DNA of 60,654 nt from the IMG/VR virus record IMGVR_UViG_3300031999_000020, positions 1 to 60,654 of that record; one strand, 5' to 3'. The stretch's first letter is position 1. Every line of letters starts with the position of its first letter. Source of the stretch: a virus. Taxonomy: Duplodnaviria > Caudoviricetes. The notes under the pieces are model-generated. The model saw only the letters and a list, made by a program, of their open reading frames with translations. It was not told the origin of the DNA and did not search any database. Both the position numbers and the translations under genes were made by a program. This document shows positions 46,130 through 56,505 of this stretch, one piece after another.

Positions 46130-47224
46130 CTAATCACAAATTGCCACTTTCACAGCAGCGCTGTTAATCTTCATATTTGCATATTTTCCAGTAGCAATTG
46201 TACAAGCACCTGCTCCAGTTGTTCCAAAGTCTGACCAGGGAATTCCGGCCACAGTTTTAAGAATAACGTTTCCACCTTCGGACGCATCTATCGTAATATT
46301 ACCTGCGTCCGCAGAAATGATACGTATCGCACCGCCAGCTCCCGGACCACCATAGTCCGCGCCATCCAGTGCAATTCGTCCACCACGCGACACTGCAATA
46401 CCGCCGCCACCACTAATAATCATTCGTCCACTATCAGTTCCCGGACTAGAAGAATTCATAATGTAACCGATCCAGCCGCCAGAGCCCAATTCTCCGTAAT
46501 ACAATTCAGAAGTGCCAGCCACAGACGGAGACATAAACCACTTCTGCTCTCCATTAACATTAAAATCTATGTACCCAGTAGCTCCATCTGAATCAAGTAC
46601 AATATCACCAGAACCGGCGGTATTTAGTGTCAAATCTCCGTTATCCGCAGTAGAAATAAGAACATCACCACCCAAACCAGCACCACCTCTGTCAGCGCCA
46701 TACAAATCAATAAAAGCTCCGCGAGATCCGCCTACCGCTCCGCCACCAGATATTGTAAATCGATCATCATCGTTACCGATAGATGTGGCCGCCAATATTT
46801 TAGCATGCCAATTTCCAGTTCCACTCTTTCCATAATACAATTCTGAGTTAGAAGCAGCCGAAGGCGCCATAAACCATTTCTGCTCGTTTCCAGTTCTGAA
46901 ATCAATATATCCACCGGCACCATGCGCATTAAATAGAATATCACCATCATCAGCAGTTATAATTTGAACATCACCGCCCGCGCCAGCACCGCCGCGATCC
47001 GCACCAAATACCGAAACAGAACCTCCACGAGAACTGCTAGTTCCAGTTCCACCGCCGCCGGATATATTCATTCGACCGCTATCCGTTCCGTTTGGTGTGT
47101 TAGCGTTAATAGTAAACGCAGACGCGGTATACTTATAATCACCAGCAAAATAGCGACTGGTATTCTGCGCGAACGCAGATTGCGCAAAAATTAACAAACT
47201 AATCAGAATAACAATCTTTTTCAT
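46130..47224 (-). CDS. Gly-rich fibre-like repeat protein with signal peptide (paralog of 42716-44008)
   Basis: Start MKKIVILISLLIFAQSAFA-QN (SD agagga); about three internal repeats of roughly 100 aa (ISGGG..SRG..GADRGG..EQKWFM..SELYYG). Confidence 0.75.
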   Translation of the reverse strand: MKKIVILISLLIFAQSAFAQNTSRYFAGDYKYTASAFTINANTPNGTDSGRMNISGGGGTGTSSSRGGSVSVFGADRGGAGAGGDVQIITADDGDILFNAHGAGGYIDFRTGNEQKWFMAPSAASNSELYYGKSGTGNWHAKILAATSIGNDDDRFTISGGGAVGGSRGAFIDLYGADRGGAGLGGDVLISTADNGDLTLNTAGSGDIVLDSDGATGYIDFNVNGEQKWFMSPSVAGTSELYYGELGSGGWIGYIMNSSSPGTDSGRMIISGGGGIAVSRGGRIALDGADYGGPGAGGAIRIISADAGNITIDASEGGNVILKTVAGIPWSDFGTTGAGACTIATGKYANMKINSAAVKVAICD

Positions 47225-47232
47225 AATTCCTC

Positions 47233-47532
47233 TTATGGAGAAGTACAGCGCCAAGCCATATACTCTGCCAAGCAGTTATTACAGAAGACTCCCGTTATAT
47301 TACAACTTTCAAGAGGGACGTTAGGATCTAAGAGCAATGCTTCGTCGTAAGTGAACGTATATGAATACTTCGTTTGGCCACAAAACGAATTACCACAATC
47401 CATATTAATGAGTGTTGCTTCAAGAAAAGGAATTGCATCAGCCATCACAGAAGGATCCATGCACAAGATCACATCAACCGGCGGACATCCACACCCTAGT
47501 TTATTAAGTGATGTGTATACTACTGATTTCAT
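47233..47532 (-). CDS. Cys-rich small protein (paralog of the 47529-48956 N-terminus)
   Basis: KLGCGC..ILC..YDEALLLDP..ITGVFCNNC. Confidence 0.7.
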   Translation of the reverse strand: MKSVVYTSLNKLGCGCPPVDVILCMDPSVMADAIPFLEATLINMDCGNSFCGQTKYSYTFTYDEALLLDPNVPLESCNITGVFCNNCLAEYMAWRCTSP

Positions 47533-48956
47533 GCCCACTCCAGCGTTACTACAGTTCCAACGACACCTTTAATTTTTAAAGATGTTCCAGGAGCGCCGGC
47601 AGCAGCTGGAAGTTTATACTCAAGATTGGCGGCCTGTACTTGAGCTTCAAAAGAAGAATAATTAGTGCCGGTGTAAGTAACCGACACATTAGGTTCAAAA
47701 AACTTTACTTTACGAGCAACACCGGTAATGTTGCCTATCCACAGATCCACATTGCCAAAATAAGCTATACCAGAAAATGCGGACAGATCCGTATAAGTAT
47801 AGTTTGGCGTAGCCTCATCAATCGTATCAGCCGCCTGGTATCCTACACTTTTTGTTCCAAGTTGTAATCCAACCCCACCAAGGATCGCCGAAGCGTCGGT
47901 GTCCTCTAATAAATTCCATTGTCCGGCAAGAATAGTATTGCCTTTCAGATCTTCGTCACCTGCATTAGTTATTCTGTTTCTGGAACCCGCACCAATAAAT
48001 GCACGCCACGAACCAACAATATAATTATTCTTACCGGCAACAATACATGCGGCATCTGCGGCTTGAAGCGGTGCTGATACATCACCAATCACGTTTAATA
48101 CACCAGCTACGACACACGAAGACTCTGTGTAGTTCACAGTATTTTCTGCACCAGCTATAATCGAACAATGATTAGCCTCTGTAATATAATTATTTCTGCC
48201 AAATATAATACCATTACCAGCGCCCAGCCTATACTGAGCAGACATCTCAATAATATTAAGTGCCCCACCTCCAATAAAGCTGACATCACTTAATGTAATA
48301 CTATGCCTCTCTCCTCCGCCAATAACCGATGCCACACACGTATCAATAGTATTTGTATAACCACCAGCGATTACACTATTATATGCATAATTAACGGGAT
48401 CATCACTATAAGTTGACAAAATAGAATTAATAGCGCTGCTAGAACCACCACTTAAAACTGCACCCCCAGACACACCGGCACCAACAACATTTCCTGAATA
48501 TCCATCAATTAGAATAGGACAATCAGCATCAGGAACGGTTCGCCTAGCGCGCTGATTATTTACCCTGACATCAAACGGAACATCATCAGTTGTTCCACAA
48601 AATTCAACATCAATCGTATTACCGCCATTTCCGGCTAACAACCACGACGGACTATGTGTTAGAATAGAATTAATCAGATATTCTAAATAAGCAGTCTGAC
48701 AACCTTTACAAAAGATCCCAGTGATATCAAATGAATTTAAAACATAAGTAGGATCTGTCAGCAGCGTTTCGTCGTATTCTAGATAATAATTGTACGAATC
48801 ACAGCCATTACAATCAGCTGTAGTTATGATATTGGTAAGCGTGGCTGGAAGAAAATCGCTGCCGTCTGCCAAAAGATTATCAGTCAAGCAGAGAATAATA
48901 TCACTGTCGCAGGAACATGTGAGCTTTGTGCTCGACCGGTAAATGAAGCTTCTCAT
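47529..48956 (-). CDS. Fibre/spike protein: Cys-rich N-terminal domain plus beta-helix (S-x-I-x-G-G-x-x-N repeats)
   Basis: WLLAGN..FCGTTDDVP..RVNN; SVIAGGYTN / SVIGGG / SFIGGG repeats. Confidence 0.75.
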   Translation of the reverse strand: MRSFIYRSSTKLTCSCDSDIILCLTDNLLADGSDFLPATLTNIITTADCNGCDSYNYYLEYDETLLTDPTYVLNSFDITGIFCKGCQTAYLEYLINSILTHSPSWLLAGNGGNTIDVEFCGTTDDVPFDVRVNNQRARRTVPDADCPILIDGYSGNVVGAGVSGGAVLSGGSSSAINSILSTYSDDPVNYAYNSVIAGGYTNTIDTCVASVIGGGERHSITLSDVSFIGGGALNIIEMSAQYRLGAGNGIIFGRNNYITEANHCSIIAGAENTVNYTESSCVVAGVLNVIGDVSAPLQAADAACIVAGKNNYIVGSWRAFIGAGSRNRITNAGDEDLKGNTILAGQWNLLEDTDASAILGGVGLQLGTKSVGYQAADTIDEATPNYTYTDLSAFSGIAYFGNVDLWIGNITGVARKVKFFEPNVSVTYTGTNYSSFEAQVQAANLEYKLPAAAGAPGTSLKIKGVVGTVVTLEWA

Positions 48957-48974
48957 AGGGCTGCCATATAGTCG

Positions 48975-49002
48975 AAAAAGAGGGGGGTCCGAGACCCCCC
49001 TC
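48975..49002 (-). terminator. Intrinsic terminator after the capsid gene
   Basis: Minus strand gaggggggtc-tcg-gacccccctc-ttttt. Confidence 0.85.
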
Positions 49003-49015
49003 AACCTAATTCACA

Positions 49016-50860
49016 CTAAGACACACACTGAGTAATCGTCGGAGCACCACCGCACGCGGGACAGGTTGAATCTGTCGCCGGAGGTACGCAGACCCCGATA
49101 ATACCCTTAACCAAGCAAATAGACGACTCATCCAAGTCTATGATATACGTATTATGGAGTATATCAACCGCATGAATCTCCAAGGTTTCACTGGTTCCGT
49201 CGCCGTAGTAGACAACGACATCATCACCAGCGCCGGCCTTAATGTTATTCTTCAGGATCACCATTATGTCATCAGGTAACATTCCAGCCTGCGTGTAACT
49301 CAGCACGTCCGAATAACAACCGCGAGTCTCATCGCAGTAGATCGAGACGAACTGGTCACACAACGTCGGAGATATGCTCATAGTTACTTCCAAATGCAGA
49401 CCATCGGCCGAGATCGCCACGATGACCGCAGTGACGTAACCACCCTGCAACAGACCCAACTGGATTGTAGCCCCAACACCCACCGCGCTCGGAACCGCAA
49501 GCGTGATGAAGTACTGTCCAGGCACCGCCGGGTTCGGAATCGCCGGACCAAGAATCAGCGGACACGGGCAGCCGGTACTCGGAATTAAGTTGCCACACTC
49601 TTCCGCAGCCGGAGGACACTCAGGTTGGACATTGAACTTCACCGCAGTAGCCGCATACGGACGCTCAACCAGGACGCCGAACAGACCCTCAGAGAACTGA
49701 GGACAGACGCCCAGACTAGCCGAGGTCAGGTAGTAACCAGACCTGCGCAGTGGATCATCAACCGTTTGCGGATTAATCCACTGGAAAGCGTCGAACCAAG
49801 CGTACTCCGGACCAAACGATGAGCCTTCGCCCAAAGTCTGCGCAGTTGGCATGTAGAAAATCTTGGCCGGGTATTTCCCGAAGAACAAGACCTCTTCGTA
49901 CCGAGAGATTGCCGGATTGAGATAATCCGGATTAACACTCGTATACTCGCCAACCAACGCCGGCACCTGATTCACATATGGCATCACACGACTCAGATTA
50001 CCAGCCGCATCACGCGAAAACCTGCGCGGGAATAGGATGGTAGTCGGAATGAACATATTCCGAATAGTCGAAGTGAAGTTGTACTTCTCAACCAAGTCGT
50101 TCGCCGCGCCGCTGAACCGCACGTCAAAGCGTAACGTCGGATCATCACGGTACATGTGACTAATTAGCTGCTGAGAACACATCATTGCAAACAGCGGCGC
50201 GCTATTCTGAACCGCGTACGGTACGCAAGTCGGCAAATAACGCATCTGCTCGTACATCTGCTCACACATGTCCACACTCAGCCGACCAAGAACGACTCCA
50301 CCGGTATTCGGATAAGCGTACGGCATGCCGATATTGGGCTTGAGTCCGCCACTGTCCTGAACATACTTCTTGGACAAATTGGAGATGATGTTGTGCGCGA
50401 TGTTGACTTCCTTCATGAACGCAATCTGACGATACAGATTCTGTATGATCATGGAAAAGACCTGATCATACATGTAGGTCGTCTGAATCGCTTTCACGCA
50501 GAAGGACGGCGATCTGAACTGTCTTTCACCAAGTTCAACTTCTTTCTCATCGAACCCGTTTCCAGACAGTGTGGTAATATTGTAACCACAGTCGCCAACA
50601 CACGGCACACATCCAGTTGTGTTAGGAAGTTTCTTCCACTGAGACAAGTCCTCTTCAATCGCGGGCATCCCGCCTCTGAAGAAAAGCTGTTTCATTGTGG
50701 TGCCCTGCCCCAAAGGCCACTCTTCCATCTGAAGAGTATCGGCCAAGAAGGACGGATGCACCTGAGTTAAATCATAGATAGTTTTGGAAATCATGGGCGC
50801 GCCCGAAAGGAACGCCTGATTGACTTCCACTTCATTCATGAAGCAAGTTTGAGAAGTCAT
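49016..50860 (-). CDS. Major capsid protein with Cys-rich C-terminal extension
   Basis: Follows portal and scaffold; has its own promoter, SD gaggtg and downstream terminator. The fold itself was not verified. Confidence 0.75.
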   Translation of the reverse strand: MTSQTCFMNEVEVNQAFLSGAPMISKTIYDLTQVHPSFLADTLQMEEWPLGQGTTMKQLFFRGGMPAIEEDLSQWKKLPNTTGCVPCVGDCGYNITTLSGNGFDEKEVELGERQFRSPSFCVKAIQTTYMYDQVFSMIIQNLYRQIAFMKEVNIAHNIISNLSKKYVQDSGGLKPNIGMPYAYPNTGGVVLGRLSVDMCEQMYEQMRYLPTCVPYAVQNSAPLFAMMCSQQLISHMYRDDPTLRFDVRFSGAANDLVEKYNFTSTIRNMFIPTTILFPRRFSRDAAGNLSRVMPYVNQVPALVGEYTSVNPDYLNPAISRYEEVLFFGKYPAKIFYMPTAQTLGEGSSFGPEYAWFDAFQWINPQTVDDPLRRSGYYLTSASLGVCPQFSEGLFGVLVERPYAATAVKFNVQPECPPAAEECGNLIPSTGCPCPLILGPAIPNPAVPGQYFITLAVPSAVGVGATIQLGLLQGGYVTAVIVAISADGLHLEVTMSISPTLCDQFVSIYCDETRGCYSDVLSYTQAGMLPDDIMVILKNNIKAGAGDDVVVYYGDGTSETLEIHAVDILHNTYIIDLDESSICLVKGIIGVCVPPATDSTCPACGGAPTITQCVS

Positions 50861-50873
50861 AAAGATACACCTC

Positions 50874-51022
50874 AAGTGTTAGTCGAAAAAACAAAACTCA
50901 AAATTAGCCTAGTGGCTAATTTACTCTTATTTTTCCGAATCCAACACTTACGGTGTCAGCGGCGATAAGATTCGAACCTTATCGGATCTGGACTGCAGTA
51001 ACGCGCGCAGTGCTCGTACTGC
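50874..51022 (-). ncRNA. Structured 5' leader of the capsid gene (candidate cis-regulatory RNA)
   Basis: Three stem-loops, one with a GGTTCGAATC T-loop-like apex, and a long stem ending at the SD. Confidence 0.5.
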
Positions 51023-51023
51023 T

Positions 51024-51051
51024 ATTGTAGCGTAATTCACGGCAGATGCAA
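51024..51051 (-). promoter_or_regulatory. Sigma70-like promoter for the capsid gene
   Basis: TTGCAT-N16-TACAAT on the minus strand. Confidence 0.6.
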
Positions 51052-51055
51052 GTAC

Positions 51056-52447
51056 TTATTTTTTAAGTGCCACCGCCGCATGCTCACGGCTCATTCGCGC
51101 AGCCTGCTCCGGGGTCATCCGCTCGGCCGGCGCGTTGGCCGATGTGCCGTTCATTCCACTGGTACTGCCCACCGCCGGCCGGTTGAACTTACGGCCCGCC
51201 ATCGCGTCCGCGGCCAACGTCTGCGCGTGCTTCATCGCCGAATCTCTGATGGTCGCCTGTACGCCAGTGGCGTGCGCAAGCTGGCACATGTTGGCCAATG
51301 CGAACGCCAATTCATCGGGCAGCGTACGCAAACCATTATCAAACAGATGTTTTACAATCTTACCGTATTCCATCCCAGCTTTCGTCAAAACAGGTTTGAC
51401 ATACGTATTATTATGGGCGTCATCACCCGGCTGAAATATGAGTTCTGGTAGTAATCCCGAATCCTTATGCGCCTCAAGCGACGATACCCAACCTTTGCGC
51501 GATGCCTGATGCACCGCACTCAGTCGTTCTTTTTGCTGGGTTTCTTCCGCGGCTTGAGCGTCTTTGATGAGTTTTTCAAGCGCTGTCTTCGGCGCCTGCT
51601 CAGCCGCTTCCGCTTCAGTCCGCAGAGTTTGAACCTGGCGTACAATATCGCGAGCATCCTGAGCCCCCAATGGATCAAAGTGTTCAGACAACCACCGATT
51701 CAAGTCTGCCTGCGTCTCCTGCGCAGACATCTCCTGTAAGCTCTCAGGTGGCAGGTCATACTCAGTTAAGAGTGCTTGCAACTTACCCTGAAGCGTTGTA
51801 AGTGGTTTAATATACTCGTCTTGGTATAATCTGCTGGTACGCAGCGCATGCAAATGCTCCAGCGGCTCAAGTTGCGCGATACGTGCTTCCTTCTCCTGCA
51901 AGACCTCCGACACCGCAACACCTGTCTGGTAGTCCTCAAGCTGTTTCTTGAGTTTGGCTGACTCAGACTTCGTGGTCTGCAGTTCAGCCTTGACCTCTTT
52001 GACAATAGTTCTAAGTGCTTTAAAATTCTCAACCTTCGGATCTGTCTCAACTTCGCCCTCTACTTTAGCAGCATCATCAGATGGTTGTGTAGTTTCGTCA
52101 TCTTTTTTGTCCTCCGGCATATCCAGTGCTGGAACAAACTCGCTCAAGTCTTCCGGTGACGCATCTGGGGCCGGGACTGCCGGCGCTGGTGCTGTTGCCG
52201 GGATTGCCGGTGCCGATGCAGGCAATGGATTAGGAAGAACCTTGGGCGCCTCAAATCCGCCATCTGGCATAACCATGCGCCGGCTAGCCTCCGCAACAGG
52301 GTTCACAAGCGCTTTAATTTGGTCTAGGGTAGGACCACCTGGATCATGTCTACCCAACACCGCCTGGTTGATTACCGGTGGTGTGGATACGCTTGGCGTA
52401 GAGCTTTGAATAGATGATGTCTGGATCTGTCCCGGCAATGATGGCAT
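51056..52447 (-). CDS. Putative capsid scaffolding protein
   Basis: P/A-rich disordered N-terminus, ENFKALR coiled coil; lies between portal and capsid. Confidence 0.7.
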   Translation of the reverse strand: MPSLPGQIQTSSIQSSTPSVSTPPVINQAVLGRHDPGGPTLDQIKALVNPVAEASRRMVMPDGGFEAPKVLPNPLPASAPAIPATAPAPAVPAPDASPEDLSEFVPALDMPEDKKDDETTQPSDDAAKVEGEVETDPKVENFKALRTIVKEVKAELQTTKSESAKLKKQLEDYQTGVAVSEVLQEKEARIAQLEPLEHLHALRTSRLYQDEYIKPLTTLQGKLQALLTEYDLPPESLQEMSAQETQADLNRWLSEHFDPLGAQDARDIVRQVQTLRTEAEAAEQAPKTALEKLIKDAQAAEETQQKERLSAVHQASRKGWVSSLEAHKDSGLLPELIFQPGDDAHNNTYVKPVLTKAGMEYGKIVKHLFDNGLRTLPDELAFALANMCQLAHATGVQATIRDSAMKHAQTLAADAMAGRKFNRPAVGSTSGMNGTSANAPAERMTPEQAARMSREHAAVALKK

Positions 52448-52808
52448 CGAGTTCCTCCTTGGTTAAATCCCCGGACTCCATCACGGCCGCGCTTGCGCCG
52501 TAACTGAGTGCGGGTATGTCACTTGACTGGTTGGTTCTGAGATAGCGGTCAATGAAATATAACAAATCATCCAGGCAGTTATTGTAACCAATGGACTTCT
52601 GAGCTTCAAACGCCTGCGCAGCTAGGCAGTTATCAGACGTGGCTGGGACTGTTTCCGGACGCGCCAACTCACGCAGCGCCCGCAACACTCCAGACGCTTT
52701 CAGCGCCGATAGCGCAAACGGAAGATACTTCAAGAAATCAGGACTATCCTGCAGTTCTTTAAGTGTCGAATCAAATCCAGTTTTAAACACGTTTCCTCTG
52801 CTTGTCAT
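52350..52808 (-). CDS. Hypothetical head-assembly protein
   Basis: Directly after the portal; GYNNCLDDL pattern. Confidence 0.6.
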   Translation of the reverse strand: MTSRGNVFKTGFDSTLKELQDSPDFLKYLPFALSALKASGVLRALRELARPETVPATSDNCLAAQAFEAQKSIGYNNCLDDLLYFIDRYLRTNQSSDIPALSYGASAAVMESGDLTKEELDAIIAGTDPDIIYSKLYAKRIHTTGNQPGGVG

Positions 52809-55297
52809 ACTAATGTCCCTCCAGCTGTGGGTAAAGAAGTGGGAGGAGGAATCGCCGGCGCCGGGGTTGTTTCGACATCAATCGGCGAAGGCGTGCTTCC
52901 GGCCATTTCATCTAACTGAGCACTTGCACTCTGCTCAGCCTGATGTTTGAGTTGAACTTCAAGCCGCTTGTTCTCCGCGTCCCGCTCAACTTTGGTCCGC
53001 ATTATATCCGCGCGCGTACGATTTGCCTCTTCGCCGCGCTTGACCTGACTCTGAACCTTCTCGTCCGCGCGCCTGGAGTCGCCCTGCGCCGTAAAGTCTT
53101 TGCGCTGGTCATCGCTCATAGTCGTCTGCGTAGCCTCCTGATCCTGCTTCTGCTCCTGAAGTTTCGCCTGCAGCTGCTTCGTGGCGTTAGCACGATTTAA
53201 CTGCGTGAGTTTGACAACCTGGCCAATGCCGGACTTGAGTTTATCTAGGGTACCCTTATTGAATGGGTTGCGTCCGGCCGCTTCAGCATGCTCCTGAATA
53301 TGCGGAGTCATCACAGCGAGTACCTTATCCGCATCAATCGGCTGCAACTGCTGCTGAGTGAGCTTCTTCAAGATGTCGCTGGCCAGTGTAAGGTGCGTAG
53401 TAATGTGCGCGATATGGTCATCACCCAGCCCCATAACGGGAGACTGCCCAAGCTGCGACACCGCATTCTCGACACCAGCCACGCTGGACCCGCCGTTCTG
53501 AGCTTGATACTGCGCCTTAGATGGCAAGAACGCGCGCACATGGTGTTTACCCACAGTGGCAAGTATCCACTGACGCTGCCACTCGTAAACACCATCACTG
53601 CCGAGCGCACCGATGATGCCCTGCATGGCTTCGAGCGACATAATGCGGGCTAAGGTAGATCCGTCACCGGCAACACGCGAAGCTGACACCTCGATATGCC
53701 GGGCCACATTGTTCTCGGAATCCCACTCAAATATCTCCGCGGGCATGCCGTCCTGAATACAGCGGTCTTTCCACTTCTTCGCATCCGCATATGCCGGCCA
53801 GGTCATATGCTTACCAGCCAAAGCCTTGAGCCAGATGTTTATCACGTTCTGGTACACACGGTCCTGCGAAGTATAGAAATGATTTACCACATTACGCAGC
53901 ACGCCGAATTCGCTGAACGCCTGCATACGCGCCTGCGAAGCGCTGACACTGCCCTTGTCTGCATCCGGAGAGGCGGGGTCGTCTCCGCCGTTCATCAAGT
54001 TGCGCTGTGTCATGTTCTCAAAGTACTGCGCAAGGCCGACCAGTTGATTGACATTTTCTCCAATCTGACTCTCGACAACTTCCGCAGAACCAATGTGCGT
54101 GATACCGCCGGGGTATAACCTAATCGGAGCCGCATCAGCACCAATCACAGGACTTGACCGTAGTAGTACTGTTGCGGCCAGCCGGCCGGCATCCACCAGC
54201 GAGCAATGCATCTGATTAATCGCCTGAGAGAGCGCATACATCTTATGTCCTAACCCACGGTTCGAATGAATCGTGAACTCGCCAGGACTGGCCGTAAAGA
54301 TAATCAGCGCCTGCTCGAAAGACTCGTACACCCGGTCAGCAAAGAATAAACAATCCTTCTGTCCGATCATCTGATGGAACATATAATGCGAAATCTTTCC
54401 ATCATACTCTTTATAGAATAGAGAGATGAGTCTAATGTTGTCGGTATACGCAGACTCCCACATCAAATCACCAGACTCTAACTTATGCTGCATGTCCATT
54501 TCGGTGAACGGCAGACCTTGTGCTTTGTAATAACTGTTGGCCTGCCGTAAGAGTAGATGCTTTAGTTCATCAACATTCCACGGAGAACCAGTCGGCTTGG
54601 ACCCGCTCTTGGTATCCTTCATCGCGCGTTCATATGCCTGAAACAACCACTGCACATCGAAGAACGACTCAATGCAGCAGAACGACAGCCGGTCCATATC
54701 GGTAAGTGTCTGGTCAGCCACATAGAACTTTGATAACTCGATGGTCCGATAATGCCAGTCCTCCGGGTCATGCCAGAACATGGGCGACACCCCGAGTTCC
54801 ATGAGCTGCATCGCCATCGTATTCTGCACCACGTTGAACGACGGCCACGCGCGCACAATCTTGTCCGCATGCTCAGTGAGAATATCCTGATACTCCTCCA
54901 GCTGCGGAGCCATGTTCTTCTCGCCGGGGTACTTGATAACAAACTTCATCAAGTACTCCGTCTCATACAGCAGGTTCCACAGGGCTTCAGCGCCCTTGTC
55001 GAGTTTGGCTCTGGCGTTTAAATCGTTGAAGTTGGCCACATACCCGAGTCCGTGCTTCTGCAGCTCGGCCGGATCGAACGGCGGATTACCGGACATCAGC
55101 CCGCGTATTGAGGCATAGAGGTGAATGCGCTTGATATGTTCAGCGCGCAGTTTGAAAAACACACTGCGGGCGCCGGTGAGTGTCTTGATAATATTATCAG
55201 GCGCATCTAGTTTGCCGGTTTCGTCTTCAGTAATCTGCCCGCGCATAAAGTCTTGCGCAGGGAATACACCGGCCGCACTTTCAAAATCATTAGCCAT
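52805..55297 (-). CDS. Portal protein
   Basis: 830 aa, first large gene of the head operon; GNPPF, HSNRGLG, DDHIAHITTH and a Q/K-rich helical C-terminus (P22-like barrel). Confidence 0.75.
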   Translation of the reverse strand: MANDFESAAGVFPAQDFMRGQITEDETGKLDAPDNIIKTLTGARSVFFKLRAEHIKRIHLYASIRGLMSGNPPFDPAELQKHGLGYVANFNDLNARAKLDKGAEALWNLLYETEYLMKFVIKYPGEKNMAPQLEEYQDILTEHADKIVRAWPSFNVVQNTMAMQLMELGVSPMFWHDPEDWHYRTIELSKFYVADQTLTDMDRLSFCCIESFFDVQWLFQAYERAMKDTKSGSKPTGSPWNVDELKHLLLRQANSYYKAQGLPFTEMDMQHKLESGDLMWESAYTDNIRLISLFYKEYDGKISHYMFHQMIGQKDCLFFADRVYESFEQALIIFTASPGEFTIHSNRGLGHKMYALSQAINQMHCSLVDAGRLAATVLLRSSPVIGADAAPIRLYPGGITHIGSAEVVESQIGENVNQLVGLAQYFENMTQRNLMNGGDDPASPDADKGSVSASQARMQAFSEFGVLRNVVNHFYTSQDRVYQNVINIWLKALAGKHMTWPAYADAKKWKDRCIQDGMPAEIFEWDSENNVARHIEVSASRVAGDGSTLARIMSLEAMQGIIGALGSDGVYEWQRQWILATVGKHHVRAFLPSKAQYQAQNGGSSVAGVENAVSQLGQSPVMGLGDDHIAHITTHLTLASDILKKLTQQQLQPIDADKVLAVMTPHIQEHAEAAGRNPFNKGTLDKLKSGIGQVVKLTQLNRANATKQLQAKLQEQKQDQEATQTTMSDDQRKDFTAQGDSRRADEKVQSQVKRGEEANRTRADIMRTKVERDAENKRLEVQLKHQAEQSASAQLDEMAGSTPSPIDVETTPAPAIPPPTSLPTAGGTLV

Positions 55298-55300
55298 GCC

Positions 55301-55924
55301 TTATCTCCAGGTTCTATTGTAAATAACTGCCTGAATTGTAGGTATACTAACATTCAGGTCCGAACCTTTAAGTTTACAAAACTCAATACTACTTAAACTT
55401 GTAGTCTTAAACTCTTTGCGCAAATGATCAGCTAGTTCTACACTTAAACAGGTTGATCGTCTATTACGTACACTATCCTTTGCTGTTACAAATCTGCAAT
55501 TTTGCGGAGAATATCCCTGATCATTATCAATACGATCAATGTATAAATCCTCGTGCCAACCAGCAACCGTAACTGCCCATACTAAGAAAACAGTACGCCC
55601 GTCTGCACCATTCCATTCTTCACAAACAGTAATACCACGTCCACCGTAATTACTATATGCCTTATCACGAATATTATAACATCTGTGCAGCATATGATCG
55701 TACATTACACTTAGTATTTTTCTTTTACGTCTAGACTTTTTATCAGATAGGCCCTGTCCATAGTCTTTGATACTAAAGTTTCGATTGCATAATATCTTGC
55801 GAGCACCAAAAATATCTCTACAGACATATTCTTGGTGAAGACCGCGCCATCCAACAAACTGTTCAACAGTCCACAACCCATATACACGACCAGTAAAATC
55901 TATATAACGTCTATGCTGTTTCAC
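55301..55924 (-). CDS. HNH-type homing endonuclease-like protein
   Basis: DFTGRVYGLWTV; MLHRCY..YGGRGITVCEEW..IDRIDNDQGYSPQNCRF. Confidence 0.85.
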   Translation of the reverse strand: MKQHRRYIDFTGRVYGLWTVEQFVGWRGLHQEYVCRDIFGARKILCNRNFSIKDYGQGLSDKKSRRKRKILSVMYDHMLHRCYNIRDKAYSNYGGRGITVCEEWNGADGRTVFLVWAVTVAGWHEDLYIDRIDNDQGYSPQNCRFVTAKDSVRNRRSTCLSVELADHLRKEFKTTSLSSIEFCKLKGSDLNVSIPTIQAVIYNRTWR

Positions 55925-56505
55925 TTAACTTCCTCAAGCTGCCAGCAACTAACCGTCTTCATCTCCGCTATCTGGTCCGGTGTAAGTCTCATGTCTCCTG
56001 TATAAAATACTTTAGCGCGCAGCACACACTGGCATACTGAACAATGACCGAGCATATCATGACAGTAACTGCGTTTATCACCAATGCACGCGAGCGCGAT
56101 GTCGTCACTCCATTTTATAAAACAGGTTCTATCTGGAAAAATGTTTTTCGGACAAGTCGCGCACTGTGCTGCTCGTATGTCTGCCTGTTCTTGGGATGCA
56201 GTATGGTCATTTGGAAACAACATCCATTCAAGCAGACTGACCCCGCCTTTAATTGTTGCTAAAAAGCCACGCTTTAATTCATATGGCTCGCATGCCCCAC
56301 AGTTTTCAGGAAGTCCGCAGAGATATTGATCCAGTACCATATCCAAGTGTTCAATAGCTGGCAATTGGTTTAAAACGCGGTAAGAGATTATAGCTCTAAG
56401 CAAATCCGTCTTGTTACCCGCCACATACTGATAACTGGAATCTGGATCTACAAAGCGATAAACAAGAGAACCTGTAAAAGGTTTAAAACGCAGGAATACA
56501 GCCAT
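55921..56505 (-). CDS. Cys-rich hypothetical protein
   Basis: RAAQCATCPKN..CSVCQCVLRAKV..SCW. Confidence 0.7.
   Translation of the reverse strand: MAVFLRFKPFTGSLVYRFVDPDSSYQYVAGNKTDLLRAIISYRVLNQLPAIEHLDMVLDQYLCGLPENCGACEPYELKRGFLATIKGGVSLLEWMLFPNDHTASQEQADIRAAQCATCPKNIFPDRTCFIKWSDDIALACIGDKRSYCHDMLGHCSVCQCVLRAKVFYTGDMRLTPDQIAEMKTVSCWQLEEVK

Noticed and set aside
50963-50984. tRNA gene (GGTTCGAATC motif); also ttcgattcc near 59741
   Set aside because: No acceptor stem, D arm or anticodon arm can be built around either motif.
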